NCBI GenBank assembly: GCA_020632555.1
Contig: JACKFI010000006.1
Coordinates: forward strand, 11,467-75,466
Direction: 5' to 3'
DNA from: Candidatus Omnitrophota bacterium
Lineage (GTDB): Bacteria; Omnitrophota; Gorgyraeia; Zapsychrales; JANLHA01
DNA length: 64,000 nt
The stretch's first letter is position 1, and the number at the start of each line of letters is the position of its first letter. The notes under the pieces were generated by a model that did not search any database, had not been told where the DNA came from, and saw only the letters and a list, made by a program, of their open reading frames with translations. Below are positions 1-9,937 of this stretch, piece by piece. The position numbers were made by a program, and so were the translations under genes.

Positions 1-1
1 T

Positions 2-568
2 GATGCCCAAATTTTGGATGGGTACACCAAAGAATACTCTGATGAACCCAAAGAGGCCATTGTTGGGCGAATTAATGATGATGCGATCAATTTTTACCAA
101 GTCACCGCGGCTATTCGGGTCTTCAAACAAAAGTACAGCAAAACAACAGTCGGTCGCGAAAAACTAGTCATTGAGCAAGATTTGACTCGACGAATTAATC
201 GAACCAATTCTCCATTTGTTGAAGTCGAAATCATGCACACTTTATGTTTATTAGACCGCTACAAATATTTTGACGCGATGGTTCCAGCACTTATCCTCAA
301 GCTAGATCATTATAATCTCACGATTAATGAAATCGCGGAAACGGCTCTCAATGACATTATCGCTACAGGTAAAAACAGTAGCCGCGACGCGCGAATCATT
401 TTTAACACCCTGCGCAAAGTCTTATTCTTGTCACGCAATACTCTCAAAAATATTACAACCCCAGATCAACGGTTGGAAAGAAAATTAAAAATTTTACGCT
501 GGTCAATCAAAATTCTTGGATCCGAGGAATTAAAACGATTGCCTAAAGAAGTTTTGCACCTCTTATAA
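2..568 (+). CDS. hypothetical protein, probably 5'-truncated by the window edge
   Basis: ORF track 14..568 begins at a TTG. The same frame stays open back to base 2, so the real start may lie upstream of the window. No motif recognised. Confidence 0.4.
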   Translation, partial: DAQILDGYTKEYSDEPKEAIVGRINDDAINFYQVTAAIRVFKQKYSKTTVGREKLVIEQDLTRRINRTNSPFVEVEIMHTLCLLDRYKYFDAMVPALILKLDHYNLTINEIAETALNDIIATGKNSSRDARIIFNTLRKVLFLSRNTLKNITTPDQRLERKLKILRWSIKILGSEELKRLPKEVLHLL

Positions 569-573
569 ATCTT

Positions 574-2424
574 ATGCCCTTGATATCAAAGAAATCCTGG
601 ATCACGTTTTGCATTCTAAGCTTATTATCCATTGGGGCCTGGCAAGCATTCACTGCGCCTCAACTTTCCTTTATTGACCTATCCATCAGCCGTCCTCACG
701 CTGTTTTACTAGCCTCAAAATACCTCATTGATGAAATCGGACTTACCTCCCAAGACCTGGCCAAGTACAGCACAGCCACTGTTTTTGATAGTCGCAATGG
801 ATCAGATCAATATTTACAAAAAGCTATCGGATTTAAGAAAGAATTGGAATTTCTCAATGACTATAATTTTGAATTGTTCTACTGGACTGTGCGTTTTTTT
901 AAAGAAAACCAAAAGGAAGAATATTTTATCAAACTCAGTGCCGCAACAGGGGAGGTTACAAGTTATTTTCATGAAATTGACGAAAACGCTTATCGCCCTG
1001 ACCAAACAGAAAAGCAAGCCCGCGAAAAAGCTGTTGCTTTCCTCAAAAAAAAATTTGATTTTGACCCAAAACTTTGGATCATGCATGCCAACATTTCCCA
1101 AAAACATGAACGAAGGACCGATTTTTCTTTTTCCTGGGAACACCAACACGTCAAAATCCCCTGGAGCCGAAAACCAGAAACAGGCTGGGCAATTTTACAA
1201 ACCGGTGCCACCATCAGCGGCGATGAAGTCGTCGATTTTTATAAAAACAATTTGAAAATCCCTGATCAATATCACCGCTATTTGGCCAGCATCAAAACAG
1301 TAGGCAACAATCTTTCCGTTATCTTCACAATTCTGTTTTATATCATATTAACCGCCTCGGTTTTTTACGTCATTATTCACCGCAATAGTTTGGTCATGCA
1401 CTCCGTTAAAAGATTTGCCATCCTTCTAGCCGTCGGAGCTTTCCTGACTTATCTCATATCCTATGGAAATAATTTTGAAGAAGTTCTATTTGCTTACCCG
1501 ACCACCATTTCAATGAAATCCTATTTGTGGCTAAATATCACAACAACCATCACTCGAACATTTATTTCCGTTTTGTCAATCCTTATGCCTTGCCTGGCAG
1601 GCGAAGCCTTGCATCATGCGATGTTTCCCAACAGAAAAGAAGGCGCCTTCTTGCACTATTTGCAATCGACGTTTTTTTCTCGCAATGTTGCCAGCGCTAT
1701 TGGCATCGGTTATTTGAGTGCGGCAATTATGATTGGCATTCAGTCCGTCGCTTTTGAAATTGGCCAACGATATTTAGGTGTCTGGACACAATACAGCTGG
1801 ATGACCCAAACATCAGGAAGCTACTTTCCTTTTCTCGCCGCTTTTATTTTTGGAATCACCGCTGGATTATCTGAAGAAATTTATTTCCGTTTATTTGGTA
1901 TTAGCATCGGCAAGAAATTCTTTAGGAATACACTCTTAGCCTGCTTAATCTCTTCTATCATTTGGGGCTATGGTCATAGTGGTTATCCGGTTTTTCCAAT
2001 GTGGTTTCGCGGCTTAGAAGTCACTTGCCTGGGACTTTTTTTATCCTATATTTATTTGCGTTTCGGCATCCTTGCTGTCATTACCACGCATTATCTTTTT
2101 GATGTGTTTTGGGGATCCTCAGCGTATCTTTTGGGCAAAGCGCCAGCAACACAATTCTATGGTTCACTGATTGTTTTATCTTTACCAATGCTCTGGGCGA
2201 TTATTGCTTTTTTCATCAATAAAGAAGTCATTGCCCGACAACTGTGTTGGAAACTCAATGTTCATCAACTCTTCAATCTCAAAATCCTCAAAGAATACTT
2301 AAAAAACACAAACTTGTTAAACGAGAAGCCAGCGGATCAATTAAAACATGAAATCGCAAATCACGGGTGGGACTTGGCTGTCGTGGAAATGGCAATCGAT
2401 GACCTAACAAAAAAGAAAGATTGA
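574..2424 (+). CDS. CPBP (CAAX protease / Abi) family intramembrane protease with a large N-terminal extracytoplasmic region
   Basis: The C-terminal part carries the family motifs EEIYFRLFG (EExxxR), WGYGHSGY and THYLFDVFW (HxxxD) within many TM segments. There is an N-terminal signal anchor followed by about 230 aa of soluble sequence. Confidence 0.7.
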   Translation: MPLISKKSWITFCILSLLSIGAWQAFTAPQLSFIDLSISRPHAVLLASKYLIDEIGLTSQDLAKYSTATVFDSRNGSDQYLQKAIGFKKELEFLNDYNFELFYWTVRFFKENQKEEYFIKLSAATGEVTSYFHEIDENAYRPDQTEKQAREKAVAFLKKKFDFDPKLWIMHANISQKHERRTDFSFSWEHQHVKIPWSRKPETGWAILQTGATISGDEVVDFYKNNLKIPDQYHRYLASIKTVGNNLSVIFTILFYIILTASVFYVIIHRNSLVMHSVKRFAILLAVGAFLTYLISYGNNFEEVLFAYPTTISMKSYLWLNITTTITRTFISVLSILMPCLAGEALHHAMFPNRKEGAFLHYLQSTFFSRNVASAIGIGYLSAAIMIGIQSVAFEIGQRYLGVWTQYSWMTQTSGSYFPFLAAFIFGITAGLSEEIYFRLFGISIGKKFFRNTLLACLISSIIWGYGHSGYPVFPMWFRGLEVTCLGLFLSYIYLRFGILAVITTHYLFDVFWGSSAYLLGKAPATQFYGSLIVLSLPMLWAIIAFFINKEVIARQLCWKLNVHQLFNLKILKEYLKNTNLLNEKPADQLKHEIANHGWDLAVVEMAIDDLTKKKD

Positions 2425-2448
2425 CGACACACAAATACTGATTAATAT
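2421..2448 (+). promoter_or_regulatory. candidate sigma70-type promoter for the molybdoenzyme genes (TTGACG-16 nt-TAATAT)
   Basis: TTGACG lies at 2421-2426 and TAATAT at 2443-2448, only about 10 nt before the ATG at 2458. That implies a very short or leaderless mRNA. Sequence pattern only. Confidence 0.3.
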
Positions 2449-2457
2449 ATTGAACAT

Positions 2458-3315
2458 ATGCTACTAAGACCCTTGACTTTTCATACCCCCCAGACAACTG
2501 TGCAAGCCGCTAAGCTACAGGCGACACTCAACAATGCCCGTGTTCTAGCAGGGGGGACGTTTCTGATCAATAGCCTTAAATTGCTCAAGCGCAAAGGATC
2601 AAAAACCCCCGAACATATCATCAGTTTGCGAAAAATCAATGAACTTAAAAAAATATCTCTTCAAAATGACAAACTGATCATCGGAGCGATGGCTGTTATC
2701 AGCGACCTTTATGATTCACCGCACTTACAAGCCAACACCGCAATCTTACGGACTGTTTGTAAAAATATTTCGACCAACCCCATTCGTAATATGGCAACCG
2801 TTGGCGGCAATTTAACCTGCCGGTACACGTGGACAGAATTAGGCTGCGTGATGGTTGCTTTAGAAGCGGATATGCATTTTATCAATCAAGACGGCAAGGA
2901 AGAAATCATGACAGCCGAGGAATTCTTTCAAAACGCCGCGAAATCAGATAAAATCTTTTCTCATGTTTCCATCAAAATTGATAAATCGGCCCATGTGACT
3001 TACCACCGCGTCAAGAAGTCTGCCAATGTCGATATACCGCTCTTGGCCGTTTGTATCAAAACACATATAAACCAGCAACGCTGGTCGAACACCCGCGTCA
3101 CCATTAATAACGGCATTGCTTTTGCCCAGCGCGACCATATTTTAGAAGATTTTCTAAATACCCAAACAACGCACCCTAAATTGGCGACTGAAGCCCTAAA
3201 CCACTTGAATACAGAAATTTATGATAAACGCAGCGACGATTACAAAAAACACATTTTTCGAATCAGTTTAAAAAATGCAATTCAGGAAATCAATGACCAA
3301 ACTTACGATCAATAA
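2458..3315 (+). CDS. xanthine dehydrogenase family, FAD-binding medium subunit (CoxM/XdhB-like)
   Basis: The N-terminus ...ARVLAGGTFLINSLK... and the internal ATVGGNL motif are typical of the molybdopterin-dehydrogenase FAD-binding domain. It is followed by the 2Fe-2S and Mo subunits. Confidence 0.75.
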   Translation: MLLRPLTFHTPQTTVQAAKLQATLNNARVLAGGTFLINSLKLLKRKGSKTPEHIISLRKINELKKISLQNDKLIIGAMAVISDLYDSPHLQANTAILRTVCKNISTNPIRNMATVGGNLTCRYTWTELGCVMVALEADMHFINQDGKEEIMTAEEFFQNAAKSDKIFSHVSIKIDKSAHVTYHRVKKSANVDIPLLAVCIKTHINQQRWSNTRVTINNGIAFAQRDHILEDFLNTQTTHPKLATEALNHLNTEIYDKRSDDYKKHIFRISLKNAIQEINDQTYDQ

Positions 3316-3853
3316 TAAAGAATATTCCCTCGATTTAAAAGGCCATGAAACCTTACTGGAAGTTTTGCGTGATCACCTTTCACTCACAGGCACAAAAACC
3401 GCCTGTGAAGAAAGTGAATGTGGAACATGTACCGTTAACATCAATGGCAAATCCGTTTTGTCCTGTATTACACTGGCTGCCGACCTTGAGGGAGAAGAAG
3501 TCACAACCATCGAAGGCTTGGCCGACGAAGATACTCTACATCCGGTTCAACAAGCTTTCGTCGATTACGGTGCCGTTCAATGCGGGTTTTGTATCCCGGG
3601 AATGATCATGTCAGCCAAAGCTCTTTTAGATAAAAATCCTAACCCAACACAAGAAGATATTGAATATGCTCTCGATGGCAATATTTGCCGTTGTGCTGGT
3701 TATCCCAAGATTTTTGATGCTGTCCGCAAGGCCGGTGAGTGCCTGCAAAACGGCACAGCAAATGCTAAAGTCAACTCTGAAAAAAAAGAAAAATTTAAGT
3801 CAACCATGGCCAAAGGCTTAACATACGAAGAATTTTTAAAATTAAAAGAATAG
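3293..3853 (+). CDS. xanthine dehydrogenase family, [2Fe-2S]-binding small subunit (CoxS/XdhC-iron-sulfur-like)
   Basis: It carries CEESECGTCTV (plant-type cluster) and QCGFCIPG...CRCAGY (second cluster). The track ORF starts at 3275; I prefer the ATG at 3293 (MTKLTINNKEY) because it matches the usual short N-terminus. Confidence 0.85.
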   Translation: MTKLTINNKEYSLDLKGHETLLEVLRDHLSLTGTKTACEESECGTCTVNINGKSVLSCITLAADLEGEEVTTIEGLADEDTLHPVQQAFVDYGAVQCGFCIPGMIMSAKALLDKNPNPTQEDIEYALDGNICRCAGYPKIFDAVRKAGECLQNGTANAKVNSEKKEKFKSTMAKGLTYEEFLKLKE

Positions 3854-3891
3854 TCACTGGGCCCTAACCCCCAGCGGCTAACCCCTCATTT

Positions 3892-6267
3892 ATGAGCATC
3901 TCAACCAATTCATCTGAAAATCGCATCAATCTCAACCCCGTCGGAAAGAGTGTGCCTCGCATTGACGGCAAAGGAATTGTGACCGGTCAAACCAAATATG
4001 TTTTTGACGTCAGTTTCCCTAATATGCTAATCGGCAAAATGATTCGTAGTCCTTATCCGCATGCACGCATTCTAAAGATTGACACAACCAAAGCCCAGCA
4101 GCTTGCCGGTGTTCACGCTATCATTACGGCGAAAGACACCTACAATATCAAATATGGTTCCAATGAATATTTCTTTCCACACACCGTAGACCAAATGGCT
4201 TTAGAAGCCGAAAAGGTCCGCTACATCGGCGATGAAATCGGAGCTGTCGCTGCGGTCGATGAAGAAACAGCACTGAAAGCTCTGGAATTAATTGACGTCG
4301 AGTATGAACAATTGCCTTTTGTGACCGATGTTTTAGAAGCCATGAAACCCGGTGCGCCACAAATCCATGATGCGATGAACAATATCGGTGTTATTCTCCC
4401 GGTTAATTTTGGAAATCCACAACGCGCTTTAAAAGAATCTTTTCATGTTCGTGAAGATAAGTTTTATGCATCCGCCGCCGCTATGGCCGCGCTTGAGCCG
4501 CATGTTTGTGTCGGACAATGGGAAACATTTTCTAATAAAATCACTTTGTGGGCCTCAAGCCAAGCCCCATTCAAATGCCGCGAAGCGCTGGCCAAAACAT
4601 TAAAAATGGACTTAAATGATGTGCGCGTCATCAAGCTAGCTGTCGGCGGAGGCTTTGGCGGCAAACTCGAAATGCTGCCAATGGATTTTGCCGCGTGCCT
4701 CTTATCAAAAAAAGCAGGGGGCTTACCTGTTAAAATTTGCTATAACCGTGAAGAAGAATTTTCATTCTCGCGCCGCAAACACGCGATGTATTATAAAGTC
4801 AAAACCGGAGTCACCAAAGAAGGGTTATTGACCGCCATGACCGGAGAGGTCATTGCTGACGGCGGTGCGTATTGCAGTTACGGGCCCACGGTTATGGCCG
4901 CGGCCATCATGCGCATCTTTATGGTTTATAAAATTCAACATTTTCGCATTAACGGCTACCGCGTTTATACCAATACCCCTATCAGCGGAGCTATGCGCGG
5001 ATTCGGCGGTGTCCAGTCTGGGTTTGCTATTGAATCTCATATGGATTTGCTGGCCAAAGATTTAGGTTTAGACCCTATTGAATTTCGATTAAAGAATATC
5101 ACCACCCCGAACATGGTCACTGTCAATAAAATGATTTTAACCACCAATGGCTTAAAAGAATGTATTGAAAAAGCCTCTGCGGCCGCAGACTGGACAAACA
5201 AACACGGAAATAAAAATTACCACAAAACCGGAAATCTTCGTCGAGGAATTGGCATTGGCATCGCGGCCGACGTGATGGGTTCCAAGATGTACAAATCCCA
5301 CGAAAGTGCCGGAGCCATTGTTAAAGTCGAAGAAGATGGTTCCGTCTATCTTTTCACCGGAGCAGCCGACACCGGTCAAGGATCCAATACCGCGCTATCT
5401 CAAATTGCCGCACACGCTTTAGGGGTCAAATACGAACGTATCAAATGCAAAGCCGGCGACACCGAAATCACTCCGTTTGATACTGGCAGTTTTGCCAGCC
5501 GTGTCACTTTTATCTCTGGAAATGCCGCTTTACGTGCCGGCCAAGATGCCAAAATGCAAATTTTAGAAATCATCGCTCAAGAATACAAAGTCAATATTGC
5601 AGATCTGGATCTGGTCGCTGAGGAAGTTCGCAATACCAAAACCAATACCGTTTTAATGAATTTCGATAAAGCTTTGGAACTGTGCTATTCCTTTAATTAT
5701 GGAAAACAAATTATTGGCCGCGGCAGTTATAATCCCAAAACAACACCCATTGATTTTCGCACCGGTGAGGGCAATGTTTCCGGCAGTTATGGTTTTGAAG
5801 CTCAAATCGCGGAAGTGGAAGTGAATATTGAAACCGGAGAAGTGCGTGTTTTAAAAATATGGGACGCTCACGATATCGGCAAGGCCATCAATCCTCAATC
5901 TGTTGAAGCACAAATTGAAGGGTCTTTAGCCATGGGCATCGGCTATACATTTACCGAAGATTTACGTTTTAAGAATGGCCGCGTGGTCAATCCTAATTTT
6001 GCCAATTATCGTGTCCCACGCTCCATCGGAACACCGCAAATGCATTCAATTCTCATCGAAACTAATGATCCCGAAGGGCCTTTCGGCGCCAAGGGAATGG
6101 GGGAGGCGTCACTTTTACCAACATCCGCCGCTATTGCCAATGCCATTGAAGATGCCTGCGGTGTCCGTATCAAAGATTTACCCATTACTCCAGCTAAAAT
6201 TATTGCAGCACTGGCAACTTTAAATGATCCTTTATCAACACATTCTTCAAAGGAGATATCCCAATGA
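3892..6267 (+). CDS. xanthine dehydrogenase family, molybdopterin-binding large subunit (aldehyde oxidase/xanthine dehydrogenase a/b hammerhead + Mo-binding domains)
   Basis: 791 aa. Family-typical blocks are GGGFGGK, GAMRGFG and the C-terminal PFGAKGMGE. Substrate cannot be inferred. Confidence 0.85.
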   Translation: MSISTNSSENRINLNPVGKSVPRIDGKGIVTGQTKYVFDVSFPNMLIGKMIRSPYPHARILKIDTTKAQQLAGVHAIITAKDTYNIKYGSNEYFFPHTVDQMALEAEKVRYIGDEIGAVAAVDEETALKALELIDVEYEQLPFVTDVLEAMKPGAPQIHDAMNNIGVILPVNFGNPQRALKESFHVREDKFYASAAAMAALEPHVCVGQWETFSNKITLWASSQAPFKCREALAKTLKMDLNDVRVIKLAVGGGFGGKLEMLPMDFAACLLSKKAGGLPVKICYNREEEFSFSRRKHAMYYKVKTGVTKEGLLTAMTGEVIADGGAYCSYGPTVMAAAIMRIFMVYKIQHFRINGYRVYTNTPISGAMRGFGGVQSGFAIESHMDLLAKDLGLDPIEFRLKNITTPNMVTVNKMILTTNGLKECIEKASAAADWTNKHGNKNYHKTGNLRRGIGIGIAADVMGSKMYKSHESAGAIVKVEEDGSVYLFTGAADTGQGSNTALSQIAAHALGVKYERIKCKAGDTEITPFDTGSFASRVTFISGNAALRAGQDAKMQILEIIAQEYKVNIADLDLVAEEVRNTKTNTVLMNFDKALELCYSFNYGKQIIGRGSYNPKTTPIDFRTGEGNVSGSYGFEAQIAEVEVNIETGEVRVLKIWDAHDIGKAINPQSVEAQIEGSLAMGIGYTFTEDLRFKNGRVVNPNFANYRVPRSIGTPQMHSILIETNDPEGPFGAKGMGEASLLPTSAAIANAIEDACGVRIKDLPITPAKIIAALATLNDPLSTHSSKEISQ

Positions 6268-6611
6268 AAAAATTTAACCTTATTCTGCTGATGCTCTTAT
6301 TCACCTTATCTGGTTGTACATTCTATGGCGTTGACGCGCAAGAAATTGTTATGGCTCCATTGGGTCAGAACAAACCCGCAGCTTCTGAAATTCAATATCT
6401 AGAAACCGTTACTGTCCCCTACGAAGTTATTGGCCATGTAACCGTCAACACCGAACGGCGCAACAGCATGGAAGAAGTTATTGAGAAAATGAAACGTCAA
6501 GTCTCTGTGCTTGGAGCAGATGCGATAACCAATATTGTCCAAACCGACAAACCCAGTTCAATTACACGCATTCGAACAGTTTATACTGGGACCGTGATTG
6601 TTTTTAAATAG
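6264..6611 (+). CDS. small lipoprotein, unknown function
   Basis: Signal peptide with lipobox LFTLSGC. The start overlaps the large-subunit stop by 4 nt (ATGA). Confidence 0.5.
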   Translation: MKKFNLILLMLLFTLSGCTFYGVDAQEIVMAPLGQNKPAASEIQYLETVTVPYEVIGHVTVNTERRNSMEEVIEKMKRQVSVLGADAITNIVQTDKPSSITRIRTVYTGTVIVFK

Positions 6612-6637
6612 CACAAAGCGGTCGAGCCTAAAAAATT

Positions 6638-7261
6638 TTAAGCGACTTTGTTGCGAAGTTCCTTCAATTCATCAGGCGTGTTGAAAGAACTCACAACGCC
6701 CGAATCAATAACATCAAAATAGCGAACACCCCGGTGATGTTCTTTTAAAAAAATATTAAGACCATTATAATCTGGCAAATTGAGAATTTTATCACGCAAT
6801 GAGATGTCCAAGAAGGGAGGATGACCCGCTTGGCCTTGAAATGAAGGGATAAGAATTAAAGGTCTCTTACTTAAAAACTCACTGACCAAATCATCAATGG
6901 TTTGAGATAAAATCAACGGGAAATCAATGGGCAAAAACCCAACACCTTCTGCCGCGTTTGAAACCTGTTGCAACCCAATTTTTAATGAAGACGTTTGGCC
7001 TAAATTGTAATTTTTATTATAGACAATCCTAATCTTGTTATGGTTTAATACCTGCGGTTTAATTTGATGAACATGAGCACCAAGAACAATGATAATCTCG
7101 TCGATTTGCGTTAAAATGAGCCGCTCTTGCAAACTAGAAATAAGAGAGCAGCCGTTCCAATCAACCAGCGCTTTAGGTGAACCAAAACGGGAGCTTACTC
7201 CACCGCTTAAAAGAATTAAACTAATCATGGCTTTCATTATATCTCCAATGTCAGCTATCAT
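6638..7261 (-). CDS. MobA-like NTP transferase, probable molybdenum cofactor cytidylyl/guanylyl-transferase (MocA/MobA-like)
   Basis: N-terminal LLSGGVSSRFGSPKAL matches the LAAGxSxRMGxxK nucleotide-binding signature of MobA/MocA. It sits next to a Moco enzyme. Confidence 0.65.
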   Translation of the reverse strand: MIADIGDIMKAMISLILLSGGVSSRFGSPKALVDWNGCSLISSLQERLILTQIDEIIIVLGAHVHQIKPQVLNHNKIRIVYNKNYNLGQTSSLKIGLQQVSNAAEGVGFLPIDFPLILSQTIDDLVSEFLSKRPLILIPSFQGQAGHPPFLDISLRDKILNLPDYNGLNIFLKEHHRGVRYFDVIDSGVVSSFNTPDELKELRNKVA

Positions 7262-7292
7262 AACTAAAGAAATTATAAAGATAATTTAAAGG

Positions 7293-8483
7293 TTGTTTCT
7301 TATGATGCTCTTTTATATGCTCATTTTGATTCTCGTGATTGGCACGGGGGCAATTGCTTGGATTATGCTTGCTGAAAAGAAAAAAGAATCCCCTCCACCT
7401 CCAAAAACAAAAGAAACAGCACCTCAACTTTCCCCCAAAGATTTGCTCGAACGCTTAGGTCTTGAAAATCCAAAACCAGAATCAGACAAAATCATTCTCC
7501 CGGAACTATTTAAAAAACCTGTATCTCCAGCTGAAAATCAAGCAAACCAATTAGCAACAACTGCCAAAACCAATCCACTCCCAACAATAACGGAAAGTGA
7601 ATTATCATTAAAATATGATGAACTTTTATCCGAAAAAACTCAACTCAAAGCAGAATATACCAAATTAGAAGCCCTTTTTATTGAAAAAAGCATGCTGCTT
7701 GAGAAATCAGAAAAAACACTGAACAACGAGTTAAAGAATCAAAAAGAGTTTAATAAAGTTAAAGATATTCTAGAGAAAGAAATCCGCGACTATAAAGACA
7801 AAGTAACGGCTTTGCAAGGCGAAATCACAATCGCTCAAACAGAAACTCAAACACAATCAAAACGCGTCATTCAACTTGAAGAAAAAATTAAGAAATTTGA
7901 GATTGAAGTTTTAACATCAGAAGCCGCCATCAATGATGCCCAAGCGTCAACTCAATTAGCACGAAAACATTCATCCGAATTGGAAGAAAAGATTCGGGCA
8001 TTGGAAAATCAAATTCTTGATAAAAATCAAAAGATTGAAGATTTAGTCAGTCGACTTAAAGATTTGCCCAATATTTTTCCAGGGAACGCACTCCCAAATC
8101 CACAAGCAGCCCTTGAGCAACACACTGATGTTGAAACAATCTCCAAAACTTCAGAACAACCCGTTTGGGAATCATCTTCTGAAAATCCAGATCCCCAACC
8201 TCCTTCAACCTCCAATGTCGTCCAGCAGGGAGGGGAGCAGCACAACAAATTATCACGAGAAACGCCAATTTCAGAATCACCGGAAAAAGAACTCAAAGAA
8301 GCAATACCCGCAAATATCGAGGCTCCGGCAACAGTGCCATTGATTGACCAACAAACTAAAAACAATGCCATTATTGAAAAATCAACAGATGGAGCTTTAA
8401 CTTTACCGCCAGATATTTTAGCTAAACAAGAAATAGAATCAATCAAACCACTAAAATCTGATCCAGCTGATCCCAAACCATAA
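7293..8483 (+). CDS. membrane-anchored coiled-coil protein, unknown function
   Basis: N-terminal TM helix, long heptad-like Glu/Lys/Leu-rich centre, and a Pro/Ser/Glu-rich tail. The start is uncertain (TTG 7293 or ATG 7302). Confidence 0.45.
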   Translation: MFLMMLFYMLILILVIGTGAIAWIMLAEKKKESPPPPKTKETAPQLSPKDLLERLGLENPKPESDKIILPELFKKPVSPAENQANQLATTAKTNPLPTITESELSLKYDELLSEKTQLKAEYTKLEALFIEKSMLLEKSEKTLNNELKNQKEFNKVKDILEKEIRDYKDKVTALQGEITIAQTETQTQSKRVIQLEEKIKKFEIEVLTSEAAINDAQASTQLARKHSSELEEKIRALENQILDKNQKIEDLVSRLKDLPNIFPGNALPNPQAALEQHTDVETISKTSEQPVWESSSENPDPQPPSTSNVVQQGGEQHNKLSRETPISESPEKELKEAIPANIEAPATVPLIDQQTKNNAIIEKSTDGALTLPPDILAKQEIESIKPLKSDPADPKP

Positions 8484-8527
8484 TGTGTTAAATTCCATAT
8501 CAATAACCAAACAAAGGAGAAATTCAG

Positions 8528-9088
8528 ATGTCCGTACTCAAAACCATCATGTTGTTAACAAGTTTAACATTAATCTGTGCTTGTGGCGTTAAAGCCCAAG
8601 AGCAACAGAGTGAACCAATTGTCGTATTAGAAACAAATCAAGGAATGATAAAAATCAAACTCTACCCCAACGTCGCCCCAAAAACCTGCGAGAATTTTAT
8701 CGGTTTAGTTAAAAAAGGCTACTACAATGGGCTTATTTTTCATCGCGTCATCCCCAATTTTATGATTCAAGGTGGTGATCCTACGGGAACCGGAATGGGC
8801 GGTGAAAGCCTCTGGGGCGGAAAATTCGCAGATGAATTTTCTCCTGATGTCCAATTTACCAAACCGGGTTTGCTCGCTATGGCTAACTCTGGACCAGCAA
8901 CCAATGGCAGTCAATTCTTTATCACAGCTGTTCCAACACCTCATCTGAATAATCATCATACGATTTTTGGCGAAGTCATTGAGGGAATGGATGTCGTCGA
9001 AAAAATTATCAATACCCCCCGTGATAGAGCAGACCGTCCGATAGAAGAACAAAAGATTATCAAGGCCTCTATAGAAGGAAATAAATAA
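8528..9088 (+). CDS. exported cyclophilin-type peptidyl-prolyl cis-trans isomerase
   Basis: FHRVIPNFMIQGGDPTGTGMGGES and SQFFIT cyclophilin blocks, with an N-terminal signal peptide. Confidence 0.9.
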   Translation: MSVLKTIMLLTSLTLICACGVKAQEQQSEPIVVLETNQGMIKIKLYPNVAPKTCENFIGLVKKGYYNGLIFHRVIPNFMIQGGDPTGTGMGGESLWGGKFADEFSPDVQFTKPGLLAMANSGPATNGSQFFITAVPTPHLNNHHTIFGEVIEGMDVVEKIINTPRDRADRPIEEQKIIKASIEGNK

Positions 9089-9102
9089 AAAGGACAAAGC
9101 TT

Positions 9103-9903
9103 TTGGATCCGATTATCAAAACAGCATTTGCGGCGGCACAAAAAGGACAGAGTTTTGCCTTTGCCACCATTATTGCAGCCACAGCCAAAGGCACACCTCG
9201 AAAAACCGGTGCCAAAATGATTGTGCTGGCCGACGGAACCATTGACGGAACCATTGGAGGGGGGCGCAATGAAAAAGCTGCGATCGCAGAATGTCGCAAA
9301 GCAATCCATAGCGGCCAAACCGCCACGGTCACATACAATTATTTTGGCCAAGAAGGCGAATCTGTTTGTGGCGGGCAAATGAAAGTCTTTATTGAACCGT
9401 TTGCGGGATTAAAACATCTGATCATTTGTGGCGCTGGACACATTGCTTTGCCATTGTCATTCTTAGGAAAATTGCTCAATTTCAAAGTCACAATCATTGA
9501 TAATCGCAAAGAGTTTTCTAACACAAAACGTTTTGGGCACGTCGACAAAGTGATTCTCGATGATCACGCGACAGCTTTAAATCAACAAATTATTGACGAA
9601 AAAACCTATATTGTCATTGTCACGCAAGGCAATGAATACGATTACCAATGTCTAAAAACAGCCATTTCCAAGAATATGGCCTATTTAGGTGTTATTTCCA
9701 GCAAAGCCAAACAAATCAAATTCTTCCATCGGCTTAAAAAAGACAATATTGCTGAAAAATTCTTTAAAAAAGTTCACATTCCCACGGGTTTAGACATTGG
9801 CGCGCAAACACCAGAAGAAATTTCAATTTCAATCATGGCTGAAATCATTAAGATAAACAATAAGAAATTATTAAAATCAGCCAAGTTTCAGCAAAAACAT
9901 TAA
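9103..9903 (+). CDS. XdhC/CoxI family molybdoenzyme maturation protein
   Basis: N-terminal XdhC domain (FAFATIIAATAKGTPRKTGAKMIV..DGTIDGTIGGG) plus a Rossmann-like half (LIICGAGHIALPL). TTG start in the track. Confidence 0.7.
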   Translation: MDPIIKTAFAAAQKGQSFAFATIIAATAKGTPRKTGAKMIVLADGTIDGTIGGGRNEKAAIAECRKAIHSGQTATVTYNYFGQEGESVCGGQMKVFIEPFAGLKHLIICGAGHIALPLSFLGKLLNFKVTIIDNRKEFSNTKRFGHVDKVILDDHATALNQQIIDEKTYIVIVTQGNEYDYQCLKTAISKNMAYLGVISSKAKQIKFFHRLKKDNIAEKFFKKVHIPTGLDIGAQTPEEISISIMAEIIKINNKKLLKSAKFQQKH

Positions 9904-9937
9904 ATAATCTAAAAAGATAAGGAGTAAACATCGTCTT

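Noticed and set aside
728-1255. 175-aa ORF and antisense ORFs (814..1149, 990..1214) inside the CPBP gene
   Set aside because: They are alternate-frame or antisense to a long ORF with recognisable motifs, and their composition is low-complexity and basic, typical of shadow ORFs.
8027-9378. Antisense ORFs 8027..8503, 8705..9097, 8956..9378 and 9069..9338
   Set aside because: They overlap the coiled-coil protein, cyclophilin and XdhC genes, which have clear family motifs on the opposite strand.
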